Of a stretch of 64,000 bases of DNA, positions 29,148-39,323 are shown in pieces (the first letter of the stretch is position 1; each line of letters starts with the position of its first letter). The DNA is from Candidatus Cloacimonadota bacterium (GTDB taxonomy: Bacteria; Cloacimonadota; Cloacimonadia; JGIOTU-2): the NCBI GenBank assembly GCA_049903315.1, contig JBNGBT010000003.1, positions 224,001-288,000 on the forward strand, in the 5' to 3' direction. The notes beneath the pieces are model-generated. The model searched no databases, was not told the DNA's origin, and worked only from the letters and a program-made list of their open reading frames with translations. A program made the translations under genes and the position numbers.

Positions 29148-29648
29148 TTACTTATTTCCTTCTTCGATCATTTCCTTAGGTTTCTCTTTTTCGAAGGGAT
29201 CTGACACACGTTCCCATGTCTGACTTCGACCAATTCGAATTATTGCTTTGATATAGCCGCGCACCTGTAATTTTGTACCATCTTCGAAGGTTCGGATCTT
29301 GCAATTATAGGTTTTTCCTTTTTTAGGATCGAGAATTTTACCGCCATCCCACCAGCCATCCTTATCTTCGGTAAGACCCCACATGATGGTTGCACCTATC
29401 ATAGGCTTTCCTTCAAGATCTCCTGAGCCTTTTGCACAGGTTGGATTTTGGTCTTCATCGGGTTTGCGGAAAAGTTTTACAATCTTGCCATTCATTTTTC
29501 CGTTTTCAATCCAGATATTAACAACTGATTTTGCTTCACCTGTTTCATCATCGATGGTTTTCCACCAGCCCACTGGTGAAAGGTTGTCTGCATAAAGTGC
29601 CATAGTGATAAAAATGACACTTATGATCAGTAAGAGTAATTTTTTCAT
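29148..29648 (-). CDS. DUF2147-like exported protein
   Basis: Signal peptide, then SPVG.WKTIDDETG, GGKILDP..GKTY and L.VRGY....GRSQTW.R. GGAGG RBS before ATG 29648. Confidence 0.85.
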   Translation of the reverse strand: MKKLLLLIISVIFITMALYADNLSPVGWWKTIDDETGEAKSVVNIWIENGKMNGKIVKLFRKPDEDQNPTCAKGSGDLEGKPMIGATIMWGLTEDKDGWWDGGKILDPKKGKTYNCKIRTFEDGTKLQVRGYIKAIIRIGRSQTWERVSDPFEKEKPKEMIEEGNK

Positions 29649-29688
29649 TGCTCCTCCCGGAGTTTTATTTGATGTGATGTGATTTTTT

Positions 29689-30366
29689 TCATACAAAAAT
29701 TATTGTTAAAATGATAACGATGACCAGACTTGGCAGCATATTTATCACTTTTAATTTCTTGATCTCTAAAATTGATATTCCAAGTCCAGTAAGGATTATT
29801 CCACCAACCGCAGTGAGTTCATTGATGATCGGCATAGTTACAGATTGTTCGAAAAGCCGCGCAAATAAAGTTAAACCACCTTGGTAAATAAGCAGGGGTA
29901 TCACAGAAAGCATTACCCCGATCCCAAGTGCTGCAGCAAGTGCAATGGAGGCAAAACCGTCGAGGAGAGATTTGGTGAGAAGAAGGTTCGGATTTCCTCC
30001 CAAACCTTCCTCTATTGCGCCTAATATAGTCATGGATCCCATGCAGAAAAGCAAGAAAGCCGTTACCAAGCCCTCAGAGAATTTATCATTTTTAGAGTGC
30101 CATTTTTTTTTCAGAGAATCGCTGATCCTGGTTAGCCACGCATCAATATCAAGTAGTTGCCCAACTATCGAACCCATAATAAGACTAAAGATCAAGATGA
30201 GATAATGTTCTGTTTTAAGAGCCATTGTAATGCCGAGGAAAATTGTAAATAAACCGATTGCCTGAAATGCAATAGTTGTAAGTTTTTCCGGGAGTTTCTT
30301 TCGGAGAATTATACCAATGATACTTCCGAGAATTACTGCACCGACGTTGACGATCGTGCCAATCAT
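29689..30366 (-). CDS. DUF554 family membrane protein
   Basis: MIGTIVN, LLFCMGSMTILG, KSLLDG, YQG and NMLP motifs. Confidence 0.88.
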   Translation of the reverse strand: MIGTIVNVGAVILGSIIGIILRKKLPEKLTTIAFQAIGLFTIFLGITMALKTEHYLILIFSLIMGSIVGQLLDIDAWLTRISDSLKKKWHSKNDKFSEGLVTAFLLFCMGSMTILGAIEEGLGGNPNLLLTKSLLDGFASIALAAALGIGVMLSVIPLLIYQGGLTLFARLFEQSVTMPIINELTAVGGIILTGLGISILEIKKLKVINMLPSLVIVIILTIIFV

Positions 30367-30367
30367 A

Positions 30368-31108
30368 CTATTCGAACCTGCCCACAGTAAAGAAATCCTG
30401 TATCTCTTTTATATCCGAAGCCAGTGCTTCTTTCAGAGTGCCGACGAAAAGTGCTTTTCCCTGATCAAGAAAAACGATCCTGTCTGCAATCCTATGAATG
30501 CTGGCAAGCTCATGGGTTACGACGACAATTGTCATGTTAAGCTGGTGCTTCATTTGAAGAAGAAGCTTATCAATTGCAGCCGAAGTTATAGGATCCAGCC
30601 CGGCATTCGGCTCATCGCAGAAGAGAAGCTGGGGATCGAGCGCAATAGCTCGTGCAAGAGCTGCTCGCTTTCTCATACCTCCGGAAAGTTCTGCAGGTGA
30701 GAGATACATTGCATGTGCAAGTTCAACAAGATTCAGCTTTGTTTCAATGATCCTGTTTATGAGATCTCTTTCAAGGTTTGAGTGCTGTTCTAGGGGTATG
30801 GCAACATTTTCGCCAATTGAAAGTGAGTTCAAGAGCGCTCCGTTTTGAAAGAGCACCCCGCATTTCATGAGTATTTCCTCGAAATCTTCCTCTTCCATTG
30901 TCGTGGTTTCTTGCCCAAAGATTTTGATTAAGCCGGATACGGGTTTCAGCAGTCCAATAATATGTTTGAGAAGCGTGGTTTTTCCACAACCGCTCCCCCC
31001 AAGAATTATGAAAACTTCGTTCTCTTTTATATCAAGAGTAATACCATCAAGAATGCGACGTCCATCATATTCAGTGATCAAATCCTTAACTTCAATAATA
31101 TTTTCCAT
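30368..31108 (-). CDS. MlaF/Mkl-type ABC ATPase
   Basis: GGSGCGKT, FQNGAL, LSGGMRKRAALARA, DEPNAGLDP and VTHE motifs. Confidence 0.93.
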   Translation of the reverse strand: MENIIEVKDLITEYDGRRILDGITLDIKENEVFIILGGSGCGKTTLLKHIIGLLKPVSGLIKIFGQETTTMEEEDFEEILMKCGVLFQNGALLNSLSIGENVAIPLEQHSNLERDLINRIIETKLNLVELAHAMYLSPAELSGGMRKRAALARAIALDPQLLFCDEPNAGLDPITSAAIDKLLLQMKHQLNMTIVVVTHELASIHRIADRIVFLDQGKALFVGTLKEALASDIKEIQDFFTVGRFE

Positions 31109-31113
31109 GTCGA

Positions 31114-32211
31114 TTAATAGAATAGAAGTCCAAGTATGGAGTCAGCAACAATCACCATAAAGATAGCGGTTACTACAGAAGCAGTCGTGGAACGTCCCAC
31201 TCCACCAGCGCCGCCTTTTGCACGTAATCCGAAGAATACGCCGACGATTGTGATCAGCCAGGCAAAAACAAAACTTTTCACCACACTTGTGATGATATCT
31301 TTGAGCACCATAACGTTTGCCATCCTATCCACAAATGCCGTAGGACTCAATTTCAGATATGTAATGCCAATCAGGAATCCTCCCATTATTCCAATAATGT
31401 CTGCAAAAATGGTAAGGAGTGGAGTTGCGATCGTCATTGCATATAATTTGGGGAGTACAACATATTTGATAGGGTTGAGCGCCATTGTTTTCAGTGCATC
31501 GAGTTCTTCAGAGATTTTCATTGTAGCGATTTCGGAAGCTATTGCAGAACCGCTTCTGCCCGCAAGAATGATCGCAGTCATAAGAGGACCCATTTCTCTG
31601 GTCATAGAAATTGCAATGAGATCAACAATGAAAATATTCGCACCGAAACTCCTGAGCTGCTGGGCAGATTGAAGCGAAAGAATAAAGCCGACAAGGAATG
31701 AAATGAGTCCTACAATCGGAAGTGCATTTACACCGATAAGATTGCTTTGGACAACAAATTCCCCTTTGCGCTGCCCTTTTTTAGAGAAGATGCCAACCAC
31801 ACCCCAATAAAACATATCTGCAGCAAGGTATATGAAGTATTTGACATTATCAAAAAAATCAAAACCCTTATCTCCGAGCCCTTCAAAATATCCAAGTTTT
31901 CGAGGTTTTTCAAACTCTTTCTCACCGAGTTCCAGTGATGAAAAGACAGTGAGAGAATCTTGTACTTTTTCTGAAGCATTGATGATATTCGTTTCAATTG
32001 AGGATTTTTTAAGAGAATCTATTACCTGATCTATTGCAGCTACTCCAGCGCTGTCTATCGTATTCAGGTCACTTAAATCAATGGGAACTTTTTTCTTTTT
32101 CTTTATCGAAGAAAGATTTGCAGATACGAAATTAAGAAATGCTTCTGCATTTTTAATGGTCAGTTCGTCATGCAAGACGAGTGTATTGTTTTTGAATTCA
32201 AAGGAATTCAT
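31114..32211 (-). CDS. MlaE-family ABC permease with N-terminal STAS (MlaB-like) domain
   Basis: IDLSDL..IDSAG STAS motif; REMGPLMTAIILAGRSGSAIASEIATM...EELDAL; GVGRSTT.SVV. Confidence 0.93.
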   Translation of the reverse strand: MNSFEFKNNTLVLHDELTIKNAEAFLNFVSANLSSIKKKKKVPIDLSDLNTIDSAGVAAIDQVIDSLKKSSIETNIINASEKVQDSLTVFSSLELGEKEFEKPRKLGYFEGLGDKGFDFFDNVKYFIYLAADMFYWGVVGIFSKKGQRKGEFVVQSNLIGVNALPIVGLISFLVGFILSLQSAQQLRSFGANIFIVDLIAISMTREMGPLMTAIILAGRSGSAIASEIATMKISEELDALKTMALNPIKYVVLPKLYAMTIATPLLTIFADIIGIMGGFLIGITYLKLSPTAFVDRMANVMVLKDIITSVVKSFVFAWLITIVGVFFGLRAKGGAGGVGRSTTASVVTAIFMVIVADSILGLLFY

Positions 32212-32212
32212 A

Positions 32213-33784
32213 TTAGAAGGAAATGATCGTTAGATCCAGCGATACATTATGATCCACCTGCGTCCATGTTTTAGTTTCGTCCTGTTTTACTGTAAGAGTG
32301 TAATCTAAAGAGACGATGCTGGATAATTTGAAACTGAGCGTGTTATCAAGTCTGAAAACCTGTTTCCTGCTTTTTTCAAAAGGATAGAGGGTATAGAATT
32401 CGAAGACATAGTTTATATTATTTGAGATGCGGAAGTCACCACCGACATTTCCTTCAAACCCACTTAAATTAACGGATTCAAGTTCTCTGAATAAAGTGGG
32501 ATCTGCCGTATCTTGTTCATACACATTCGAGTTTATGGTCTGTGAAAATCCCAAACCAGTTTTGATATACAGATTGCTTGTATTTGTATTTAATACAGTA
32601 AGGTTCAATCCAATACCTTCCTCAAGACTTAGTGGATACAGCATTGGAGTTATCTGCACATTGTCATCATTGGTGATAGTTTGAACGGTATCTCCTTCTG
32701 TATCTATCTTATATATCTTTGGTTGATCGGCATCGAAGTAGAATTTCGTGGGGAAAACATTTGAAGCAAGACGGAATCGGCCATACACACCAAAGGATTT
32801 TATAAAATAGAAAATATATGTGGGCTGTATTTGAAGTGAGTTTGAATAGATTCTGAAATCTTTATCCTGTTCCTTAGTAAGCCCGACATTGAGATCCTGC
32901 CGTGATGAAAAATAATGTGGGAATGCATCATACTTGATCTCATTATCTATTTTCGAACTAAGTGTGATATTTGTCGCAGATTCATCTTTGTTTGCGAAGT
33001 TATCGCTACTGAGAAGGAAGCTTCCTTTTACGGAAGTATAGTATCTCCATGCACGCACCATATCGGACTCTTTCATTTCAGGCAAGACACCTGCCCCAAC
33101 AAAGTTCTTTGTAGAGGAGTCCATGACAATTGTAAGTTCTTCAAGCGTACCTTCCATGATACGTATTGTAGTGAAATTAATAAATGTTTTTGGTGATTCT
33201 CTATATTTAATGATCTTGTAAACGCCGGGTTTTAGTAGCCAGGTTTCTTGTTTTTCTCCGGGTTGATCTTCCTCGGCACTATATTTTGTGCCAATGCTGT
33301 TTTTATAGTCATCGATTTGATAGATTTCATAAGCCTCGCGGAGGAAATTTCTATTCTGGTCTATGATCTTGACAATAAGGCCGCCCCATGTGGGTTCAAT
33401 TATTCGTGTTTGACCAGCTTTTAGAGTCACATCTACTTCCACCTTTTGGGGTGTTAAAATTGCTGAACCAATTTCCAGTGTGTAGGAACCGGGCTCCATA
33501 AAGATGCTTTGACCTACCGGGCATCCGTCTCTAACTAATTGACCGTTTTGATAGATCATATATTCGGGTTCAAGTTCGGGAGAAGACATAGCTGGCACAA
33601 AGATTCTGCCCATGCCGAGTTGGTCGTCTATACCTTCTTCTTCGAGCTGCCGCATGGGATCGGGCGCATACCATGTATTATAATTATCTTCTAGGCAAAT
33701 ATTAGAAATTGGCTGATTCTGAGACAAAGCATTGCCGGTTAGAGCTGATATTAAAATAATGAGTATGAAAAATATCTTTTTCAT
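32213..33784 (-). CDS. Exported protein with beta-sandwich N-terminal domains and a predicted C-terminal outer-membrane beta-barrel
   Basis: Signal peptide; alternating hydrophobic strands in the C-terminal half; ends in ...VSLDLTIISF (terminal Phe). Confidence 0.6.
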   Translation of the reverse strand: MKKIFFILIILISALTGNALSQNQPISNICLEDNYNTWYAPDPMRQLEEEGIDDQLGMGRIFVPAMSSPELEPEYMIYQNGQLVRDGCPVGQSIFMEPGSYTLEIGSAILTPQKVEVDVTLKAGQTRIIEPTWGGLIVKIIDQNRNFLREAYEIYQIDDYKNSIGTKYSAEEDQPGEKQETWLLKPGVYKIIKYRESPKTFINFTTIRIMEGTLEELTIVMDSSTKNFVGAGVLPEMKESDMVRAWRYYTSVKGSFLLSSDNFANKDESATNITLSSKIDNEIKYDAFPHYFSSRQDLNVGLTKEQDKDFRIYSNSLQIQPTYIFYFIKSFGVYGRFRLASNVFPTKFYFDADQPKIYKIDTEGDTVQTITNDDNVQITPMLYPLSLEEGIGLNLTVLNTNTSNLYIKTGLGFSQTINSNVYEQDTADPTLFRELESVNLSGFEGNVGGDFRISNNINYVFEFYTLYPFEKSRKQVFRLDNTLSFKLSSIVSLDYTLTVKQDETKTWTQVDHNVSLDLTIISF

Positions 33785-33805
33785 GTATTCCTCCGCAACT
33801 ATATG

Positions 33806-34453
33806 CTATTTGCCCTGCGTTGGGGCAGGTGTGTTTTTTGGTAATTTTTCAAAATATTCCTGGACTTTCCTCAGAAAGATAGTAATTTCATTTTTCAGAG
33901 TATCGCTTAATGTTTTCGCAAAAAAACTCATACTTTCTGTGTATAAAGGAGCATATCTTTTAATTTCGTAACTTACTACTGTATTGTTGGTTTTAACGTC
34001 GATCATCTGTATTGTCAGGCGTATATCAGCCCGTTGAAACTCATTGATAGGAAGATCGCTCACGTATTTTTCAATATTATGGATCGTTCCTGTAATAATG
34101 AAATTAGGACGTTGATCAAGAAAGGTCTTTTTACAGTCCTGAACGAGATTCAGTTCTTTGACATGGTTGACAATAAGAGCGGTGATCGCATCAGGGGGAC
34201 GACGAGCCCATAAGCTCCATCGGTCATAATACACTTCATGAGAAGATCGGCGAATGACAATTCTTGAATTATCATAGGTCTTATCTATCTTGAAGTCCTT
34301 TACCTGAATGGTGTAGGGATATGGAGTAGCAAGGACATCGTCCTTCGTAATAGGAGGGACATAATCAAGCAGATAGAAATGTGCCCACTGCATGCGGGAA
34401 CAACCCAAAGCCAAAATAGCAAGAATAATAATTATTATATTTTTACTTTTCAT
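33806..34453 (-). CDS. ABC-type transport auxiliary lipoprotein (PqiC-like)
   Basis: LALGC lipobox, YLLDY, and RIVIR...YY....WA..P...I motif; follows the MCE gene. Confidence 0.8.
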   Translation of the reverse strand: MKSKNIIIIILAILALGCSRMQWAHFYLLDYVPPITKDDVLATPYPYTIQVKDFKIDKTYDNSRIVIRRSSHEVYYDRWSLWARRPPDAITALIVNHVKELNLVQDCKKTFLDQRPNFIITGTIHNIEKYVSDLPINEFQRADIRLTIQMIDVKTNNTVVSYEIKRYAPLYTESMSFFAKTLSDTLKNEITIFLRKVQEYFEKLPKNTPAPTQGK

Positions 34454-35358
34454 TATGGTCCTCCTTGATATGAATCTGCGGATCTTGATTTAAAGAGAAG
34501 TGAGGGATTCTCTGAGATCATGCGAGAGAATTCGTTAATGTTCTGCATGGTTTCTTTGAGCAGGCGAATCGTTTCAATAACATCATCCTGGCTTTCCAGA
34601 ACAGTGTAATTGATATTATTAAATGCCTCGGTCAGGTCACCAACAGATGTATTGATATTGCTGACAGTCATATTGAACTGGTCAAGATCAAGCTGTTCTG
34701 TGACATTATTTATTGTTGAGAGGAGATTTGCCAGCTCTGATGAAATGCGTGCTATATTTGTAATGCTTTCGTTAAGACTTTCTCTATTCTCATCAAGTAT
34801 GAGGTCTAGATTCTTGAGAGAATTGTTGGTATTAGCGACTGCTTCCTGGATATTCTGCTGTGTTCGATCATCAAAAATATTTGCAATATTCCTCAAGATT
34901 TCATCAACCTTTGCAGCAATATCCTGAGCTTTATCTGTGATCATATCCAGGGTTGATTCTCCAGGTTGAATGTATGAGCCCGGTTTTAGGTTTTTTTCTC
35001 GCGGATCACCTCCAACCAGCTCAATCTGCTTCAGTCCCGTAATGCCAACAGCTGCCATCACTGCTTTTACATCAGTTTTAATGGGAGTTCCTGCCTTCAC
35101 ACTGATCTCAACTATAACAGTCGTCACATCGTTCGGATCAATGTTGAGATCTTCGATTCTACCAACCCGGATACCATGATATTGTACCGCACTTCCGACG
35201 TTCATTCCGCTCACGGATTGATCTTTATATGCGATGAAGTAGATGTCTTTTTTATCAAAGAGTTTCGAGCCAACGATAATACCAATCAGGACGAATAAAA
35301 AAAACAGCGCGACAATGATGAAAACACCTAATCTGATTTTCTGAGATTTTGAAACCAT
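34453..35358 (-). CDS. MCE (MlaD-family) protein with helical C-terminal extension
   Basis: TM helix, SVSGM.VGS.V.Y.GI.VG.I MCE motif, GITGLK.IEL, coiled-coil region and ENPSLL end. Confidence 0.92.
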   Translation of the reverse strand: MVSKSQKIRLGVFIIVALFFLFVLIGIIVGSKLFDKKDIYFIAYKDQSVSGMNVGSAVQYHGIRVGRIEDLNIDPNDVTTVIVEISVKAGTPIKTDVKAVMAAVGITGLKQIELVGGDPREKNLKPGSYIQPGESTLDMITDKAQDIAAKVDEILRNIANIFDDRTQQNIQEAVANTNNSLKNLDLILDENRESLNESITNIARISSELANLLSTINNVTEQLDLDQFNMTVSNINTSVGDLTEAFNNINYTVLESQDDVIETIRLLKETMQNINEFSRMISENPSLLFKSRSADSYQGGP

Positions 35359-35435
35359 ATTTTCTCCACAATTCTTGAGAGAAGTAAATGATATTTATGT
35401 CAATTTTTTTGCGTAAATTCTTATTATAATTGAGA

Positions 35436-37379
35436 TTACCACACAAAAACGACGCCACTATTGGGAAAGAACCATTCGCCTGAAGAGCTTTTCATGACGA
35501 TCTTCTTACCTTTGATCTTCTCATGCGGATATTTTTCCTTGCCGGAAAAAATGCGGATGATCTCAACATTTTCAATATTTGTGAGTGAATAATCAAAGGT
35601 CATTGTAATTCCTTTTGTAAGCTCAGCAATATAGATTGTAAGCTGATGTTTGTTTTTAGGGTAATAGGTGATTGTGTCGATGGTAAACTGCACTTCTTTT
35701 CCGAGAAGATCACGCAGTTTTGGATGGGAACACTCTATCTCAAGGTTTGAGAATTCATTTTCCTGCGATTCATTTTGAATGATGCTATGATGAAGTACCA
35801 GATCATTAATCATAATTTTATCGACTTGAAATGAGTTTGCAAGATCTATTTTACTGTCAAGGAGCCAGCGATACTCAACATCAGGTGAGAGAATATATTG
35901 CTCAAGGTCTTCGGGACTTGTTGCACAGACGATTTTGAACGTATCCTTTGTGAGTATCTTTTTGTATCGTAATTTGGTTTTCGTATGATAAAAAAACTTG
36001 GACACAAGTGGATCGAGGTCTGTTTCTGAGAGCACGATCTCATGAACGAAATCTTTTTTCCAGCTCATTTCTCTGTCAGTCCGGTAAAAGAGTTTTTTGA
36101 GCACTTCTTGGTACACTATGCTACCGATCTCGTTGCTGTTAAGCCGCTGATTAAGTGAGGTTTCAATAACCTTCTCAAGAGTCGTATCTGTGAAATCCTT
36201 CGCAATAAATGTTCTTCTCGAAATGGGCTCTATCGCAGTATCTTTGTGCTCGCGGATATAAATCCTCTGAGCGCGTCTGCCGAGATTGCACGCCATTTCG
36301 TAGGTAAGCCCGTTATAGAATGAGCTGAGTTCTTCGATAGATATCGACTGAGTTTTCTCGCTTCCGATAAGAGTAACTTCGTCTCCGACCTTTGCATTTT
36401 TCACATGAGAAATATCAACAATGATCATATCCATTGTCACTCGACCCAAAATAGGACATATAGTATCATGAACCAAAACCTTCCCGCAATTCGAAAGCAG
36501 GAAATTATATCCGTCGCCATAACCGATTGGAAGAATTGCAGCTTTTGTAATATTTTTTGCGATATACGTCTTATTATAACTTATGCTGGAATTTTCTGGA
36601 AACTCTTTTATCAGACCAATTTTTGATTTAAAGGTCATGACGGACTTCAGTTTAATTTTATCCTTGAGATTATCGGCAGTATAAATGCCATATGAAAGCA
36701 AGCCAGCGCGAACCATTGTGTGGTAGGATTGCGGGAAATTAATGATTGCAGCGCTGTTTGCAATATGTTTGTAAGGTGGATCGATGCCAATATTATGAAA
36801 AATCTCAATGATTTTATTGAAGCGATTATTCTGTGTTTCTGAGAAGGAAATGTCCTTGGTTTCACTCATTGAAAAATGCGAAGAAAGCCCTTCGATCTGG
36901 AGATTATATAAACCTTTGATCGTGGTTGCAATATTGGAAGCTTCGTTCCATAAAAAACCAGCGCGCCCCATTCCAGTATCAAAAAGGATATGTACCGGTA
37001 GTTTTTTATTATTTTTTTTTGCATATGCATTGAGATTTTGAGCAAAGCTTATGTCAGAAATGGATGGAGTAAGGTCATAAGTAACGAGTGTTTCGATCTC
37101 ACTATCGAACGAAGGGCTGAGCACGAGAATATGTTTATTAATATTTTCCAGCCTCAGGAGTACACCTTCATCGCTGTTTGCCACACCAAACCAATCAATC
37201 CCCATTTTCTCCGCTTCACGGGCAATCTCCAACGAACCATGTCCATATCCATCGGCTTTCACGATCTGCATGTAATGGGTTTCGGTAGGGAGATAACTTC
37301 TTAGCTGCTCGACATTATAACGGAAATTATCAAGATCAATAATTGTCCAGCTTCGGAAGAGTTCTTTATCCTTCTTCAT
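35436..37379 (-). CDS. alr: Alanine racemase with a ~270-aa C-terminal extension
   Basis: VKADGYGHG (PLP Lys), DTGMGRAG, HIANSA, SISY, IGYGDG and GRVTMD within the first ~375 aa; the remainder is unrecognised. Confidence 0.88.
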   Translation of the reverse strand: MKKDKELFRSWTIIDLDNFRYNVEQLRSYLPTETHYMQIVKADGYGHGSLEIAREAEKMGIDWFGVANSDEGVLLRLENINKHILVLSPSFDSEIETLVTYDLTPSISDISFAQNLNAYAKKNNKKLPVHILFDTGMGRAGFLWNEASNIATTIKGLYNLQIEGLSSHFSMSETKDISFSETQNNRFNKIIEIFHNIGIDPPYKHIANSAAIINFPQSYHTMVRAGLLSYGIYTADNLKDKIKLKSVMTFKSKIGLIKEFPENSSISYNKTYIAKNITKAAILPIGYGDGYNFLLSNCGKVLVHDTICPILGRVTMDMIIVDISHVKNAKVGDEVTLIGSEKTQSISIEELSSFYNGLTYEMACNLGRRAQRIYIREHKDTAIEPISRRTFIAKDFTDTTLEKVIETSLNQRLNSNEIGSIVYQEVLKKLFYRTDREMSWKKDFVHEIVLSETDLDPLVSKFFYHTKTKLRYKKILTKDTFKIVCATSPEDLEQYILSPDVEYRWLLDSKIDLANSFQVDKIMINDLVLHHSIIQNESQENEFSNLEIECSHPKLRDLLGKEVQFTIDTITYYPKNKHQLTIYIAELTKGITMTFDYSLTNIENVEIIRIFSGKEKYPHEKIKGKKIVMKSSSGEWFFPNSGVVFVW

Positions 37380-37387
37380 AAAGATAG

Positions 37388-37423
37388 AAAAATCCCTCCA
37401 TTCGGAGTAAGAATGTCGGGATT
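37388..37423 (-). terminator. Hairpin with U tract between the SPOR gene and alr
   Basis: Minus strand AATCCC-GA-CATTC-TTACTCC-GAATG-GA-GGGATT-TTT, ending about 8 nt before the alr ATG. Confidence 0.5.
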
Positions 37424-37443
37424 AAAATAGTGTAGTGTACTAT

Positions 37444-37890
37444 TTATTTAACTTTGGCTAACCAATAATCATTAATTGAAGGGAATTTTGCTTTAAGCTG
37501 TTTTCCCAGTTCGTTTGCCTCTGGAGCGGAATAAAGACCTTTCAGACGTAGGCGATAAAAAAGCTTACCGTTTTTCTTGGTAGTCGTGATCTTTGTCTCG
37601 TATCCGTATTGTGCAAGCTTGTTTTTCTCTGTGATGATATTTGCATAACTTGGACTTGCAGCAACCTGAAGCTCATACGATTTTGCCTGGTCGGGCGGTA
37701 TTTTTTTCGTAGGAACTGTCTGCTGCGTTTGCTGAGTAGTATCTTTTGTCTGCTCTTCCGGTTTGGTAACTTCAGGTTTTTTGGGTGGTTTGAGTTCATC
37801 GGTTTTCTTCTTGCCGCATCCCTGAATACTTGCCAGAGATACAAGAAGAACAATCACCAAAATGGCAATCACAAAAACTTTTCTTTTCAT
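37444..37890 (-). CDS. SPOR-domain lipoprotein
   Basis: Lipobox IQGC, Pro/Thr/Gln-rich linker, and YELQVAA...YRLRL SPOR-like domain. Confidence 0.75.
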   Translation of the reverse strand: MKRKVFVIAILVIVLLVSLASIQGCGKKKTDELKPPKKPEVTKPEEQTKDTTQQTQQTVPTKKIPPDQAKSYELQVAASPSYANIITEKNKLAQYGYETKITTTKKNGKLFYRLRLKGLYSAPEANELGKQLKAKFPSINDYWLAKVK

Positions 37891-38017
37891 GTAAGCCCCC
37901 ATATTATTTTAAATAAAACAAGCTTTCTTAAAAAAACTCGTCAAGTAATTACTTTATTCATGAACTTCATCATAAGTTATCTTGACAGTAAAATTTCGTC
38001 AAGTTCCAATTTCTCAC

Positions 38018-39322
38018 ATGAAAAAGGTCTTTTCAATTTTAGCGATATCTCTTACGATAATAATCATGTTTTCTTGCGGCAAAGATAAACCTCCGACTGG
38101 TGGTCCACGGGATACAACTCCTCCGGAGATAATAAATATTGAGCCGGAAAATTTAACAAAAAATTTTCTTGATGACGAAATTACGTTTACTTTTACAGAG
38201 ACTATAGATGAGCGCTCTTTTGAAGACGCACTCCACTTCTATCCTCCGATCATGAAGAAAAAGATCACTTCTGGTAAGCAAAGCGTCACAATAAAATTAA
38301 GGGAAGAGCTCATACCGGATCAGACTTATCTGTTGACACTTGATACGCGCTGCAAAGACCTTCGTGACAATGCGTTAGAAAAAGCACACTCATTATTTTT
38401 TTCTACTTCAGAAACCATTTCTGCACGCAAATTGGATATTGATCTTAAATTGGATGAACGAGCTCCTATTCGACAGGGCATGTATTTCGTACAGCTTTAT
38501 AATGCTCAGGATACGATATTCATCACCTTACAAAATACAGAAATATTACAAAAATTTACTTTTGAAAACCTTCCTTCTGATGAAGTTTCGGTTCTTGCTT
38601 TTTTGGATGAAAATAGGAATTCAGAAGCTGATAAAAAACGTGAACTCTTTGCCGAGAAAATTGTAAAATTACTTGATACAGAGAATGAGATCACGCTTAC
38701 TCTTTCCCTTCAGGATACGACCAAACCAGTTTTGAAGAATATAGTTACCGAAAGTGCACAACGCCTCCTTATTCGTTTTACTGAGGATATTAAAAGCATC
38801 CGCACAATAAAAATTGTTGATCAAGTCACAGAGAGCAAATTACCGATTTATGAATACATAATATCCGGTTCGGACATCGAGTGCATTACAGGTGTGTGCG
38901 ATACGAACGCATATGTGCTTGAATTGAAAGATATCATTGATTTTAAGGATAATATCACAGAACTTGATACTCTCAGTTTCATTAACAGGCAGTCACCGGA
39001 TACAACATTTTTGGAACTGGATTCTCTTTCACATGAGGACGGACAGACTGTCACAACTTTAACTCCGGAATTCCGAATAAAGTTCAACAAAATCATATCG
39101 TTGGAAAATATCTCTATTTTACTTGTAAACTCCGAAGATGGGAAACCGGTTGAACTCTCCCTGCAAAAAAAGCATGGATATACTTTTATAGTAAAGCCTA
39201 AAAAATTGTTGAAGAATTATGTGCCTTATTCTCTGATTATTACTGAAGAAACCAGCGATTATGAAGGTAATTCACTCAACGAAGCGGTAAATATTTCGAT
39301 CTTGCCACTATTATATAACTAA
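38018..39322 (+). CDS. Ig-like (Big_5-type) domain lipoprotein
   Basis: Lipobox MFSC then PPTGGPRDTTPP and repeated 'I.F.E.I' Ig-like modules. Start set at ATG 38018. Confidence 0.78.
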   Translation: MKKVFSILAISLTIIIMFSCGKDKPPTGGPRDTTPPEIINIEPENLTKNFLDDEITFTFTETIDERSFEDALHFYPPIMKKKITSGKQSVTIKLREELIPDQTYLLTLDTRCKDLRDNALEKAHSLFFSTSETISARKLDIDLKLDERAPIRQGMYFVQLYNAQDTIFITLQNTEILQKFTFENLPSDEVSVLAFLDENRNSEADKKRELFAEKIVKLLDTENEITLTLSLQDTTKPVLKNIVTESAQRLLIRFTEDIKSIRTIKIVDQVTESKLPIYEYIISGSDIECITGVCDTNAYVLELKDIIDFKDNITELDTLSFINRQSPDTTFLELDSLSHEDGQTVTTLTPEFRIKFNKIISLENISILLVNSEDGKPVELSLQKKHGYTFIVKPKKLLKNYVPYSLIITEETSDYEGNSLNEAVNISILPLLYN

Positions 39323-39323
39323 G

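Noticed and set aside
31136..31672. 178-aa ORF antisense to mlaE (likewise 24680-25198, 25443-25928, 37609-38088, 39621-40127 and other short ORFs in the track)
   Set aside because: These overlap well-supported genes on the opposite strand or in another frame; shadow ORFs.
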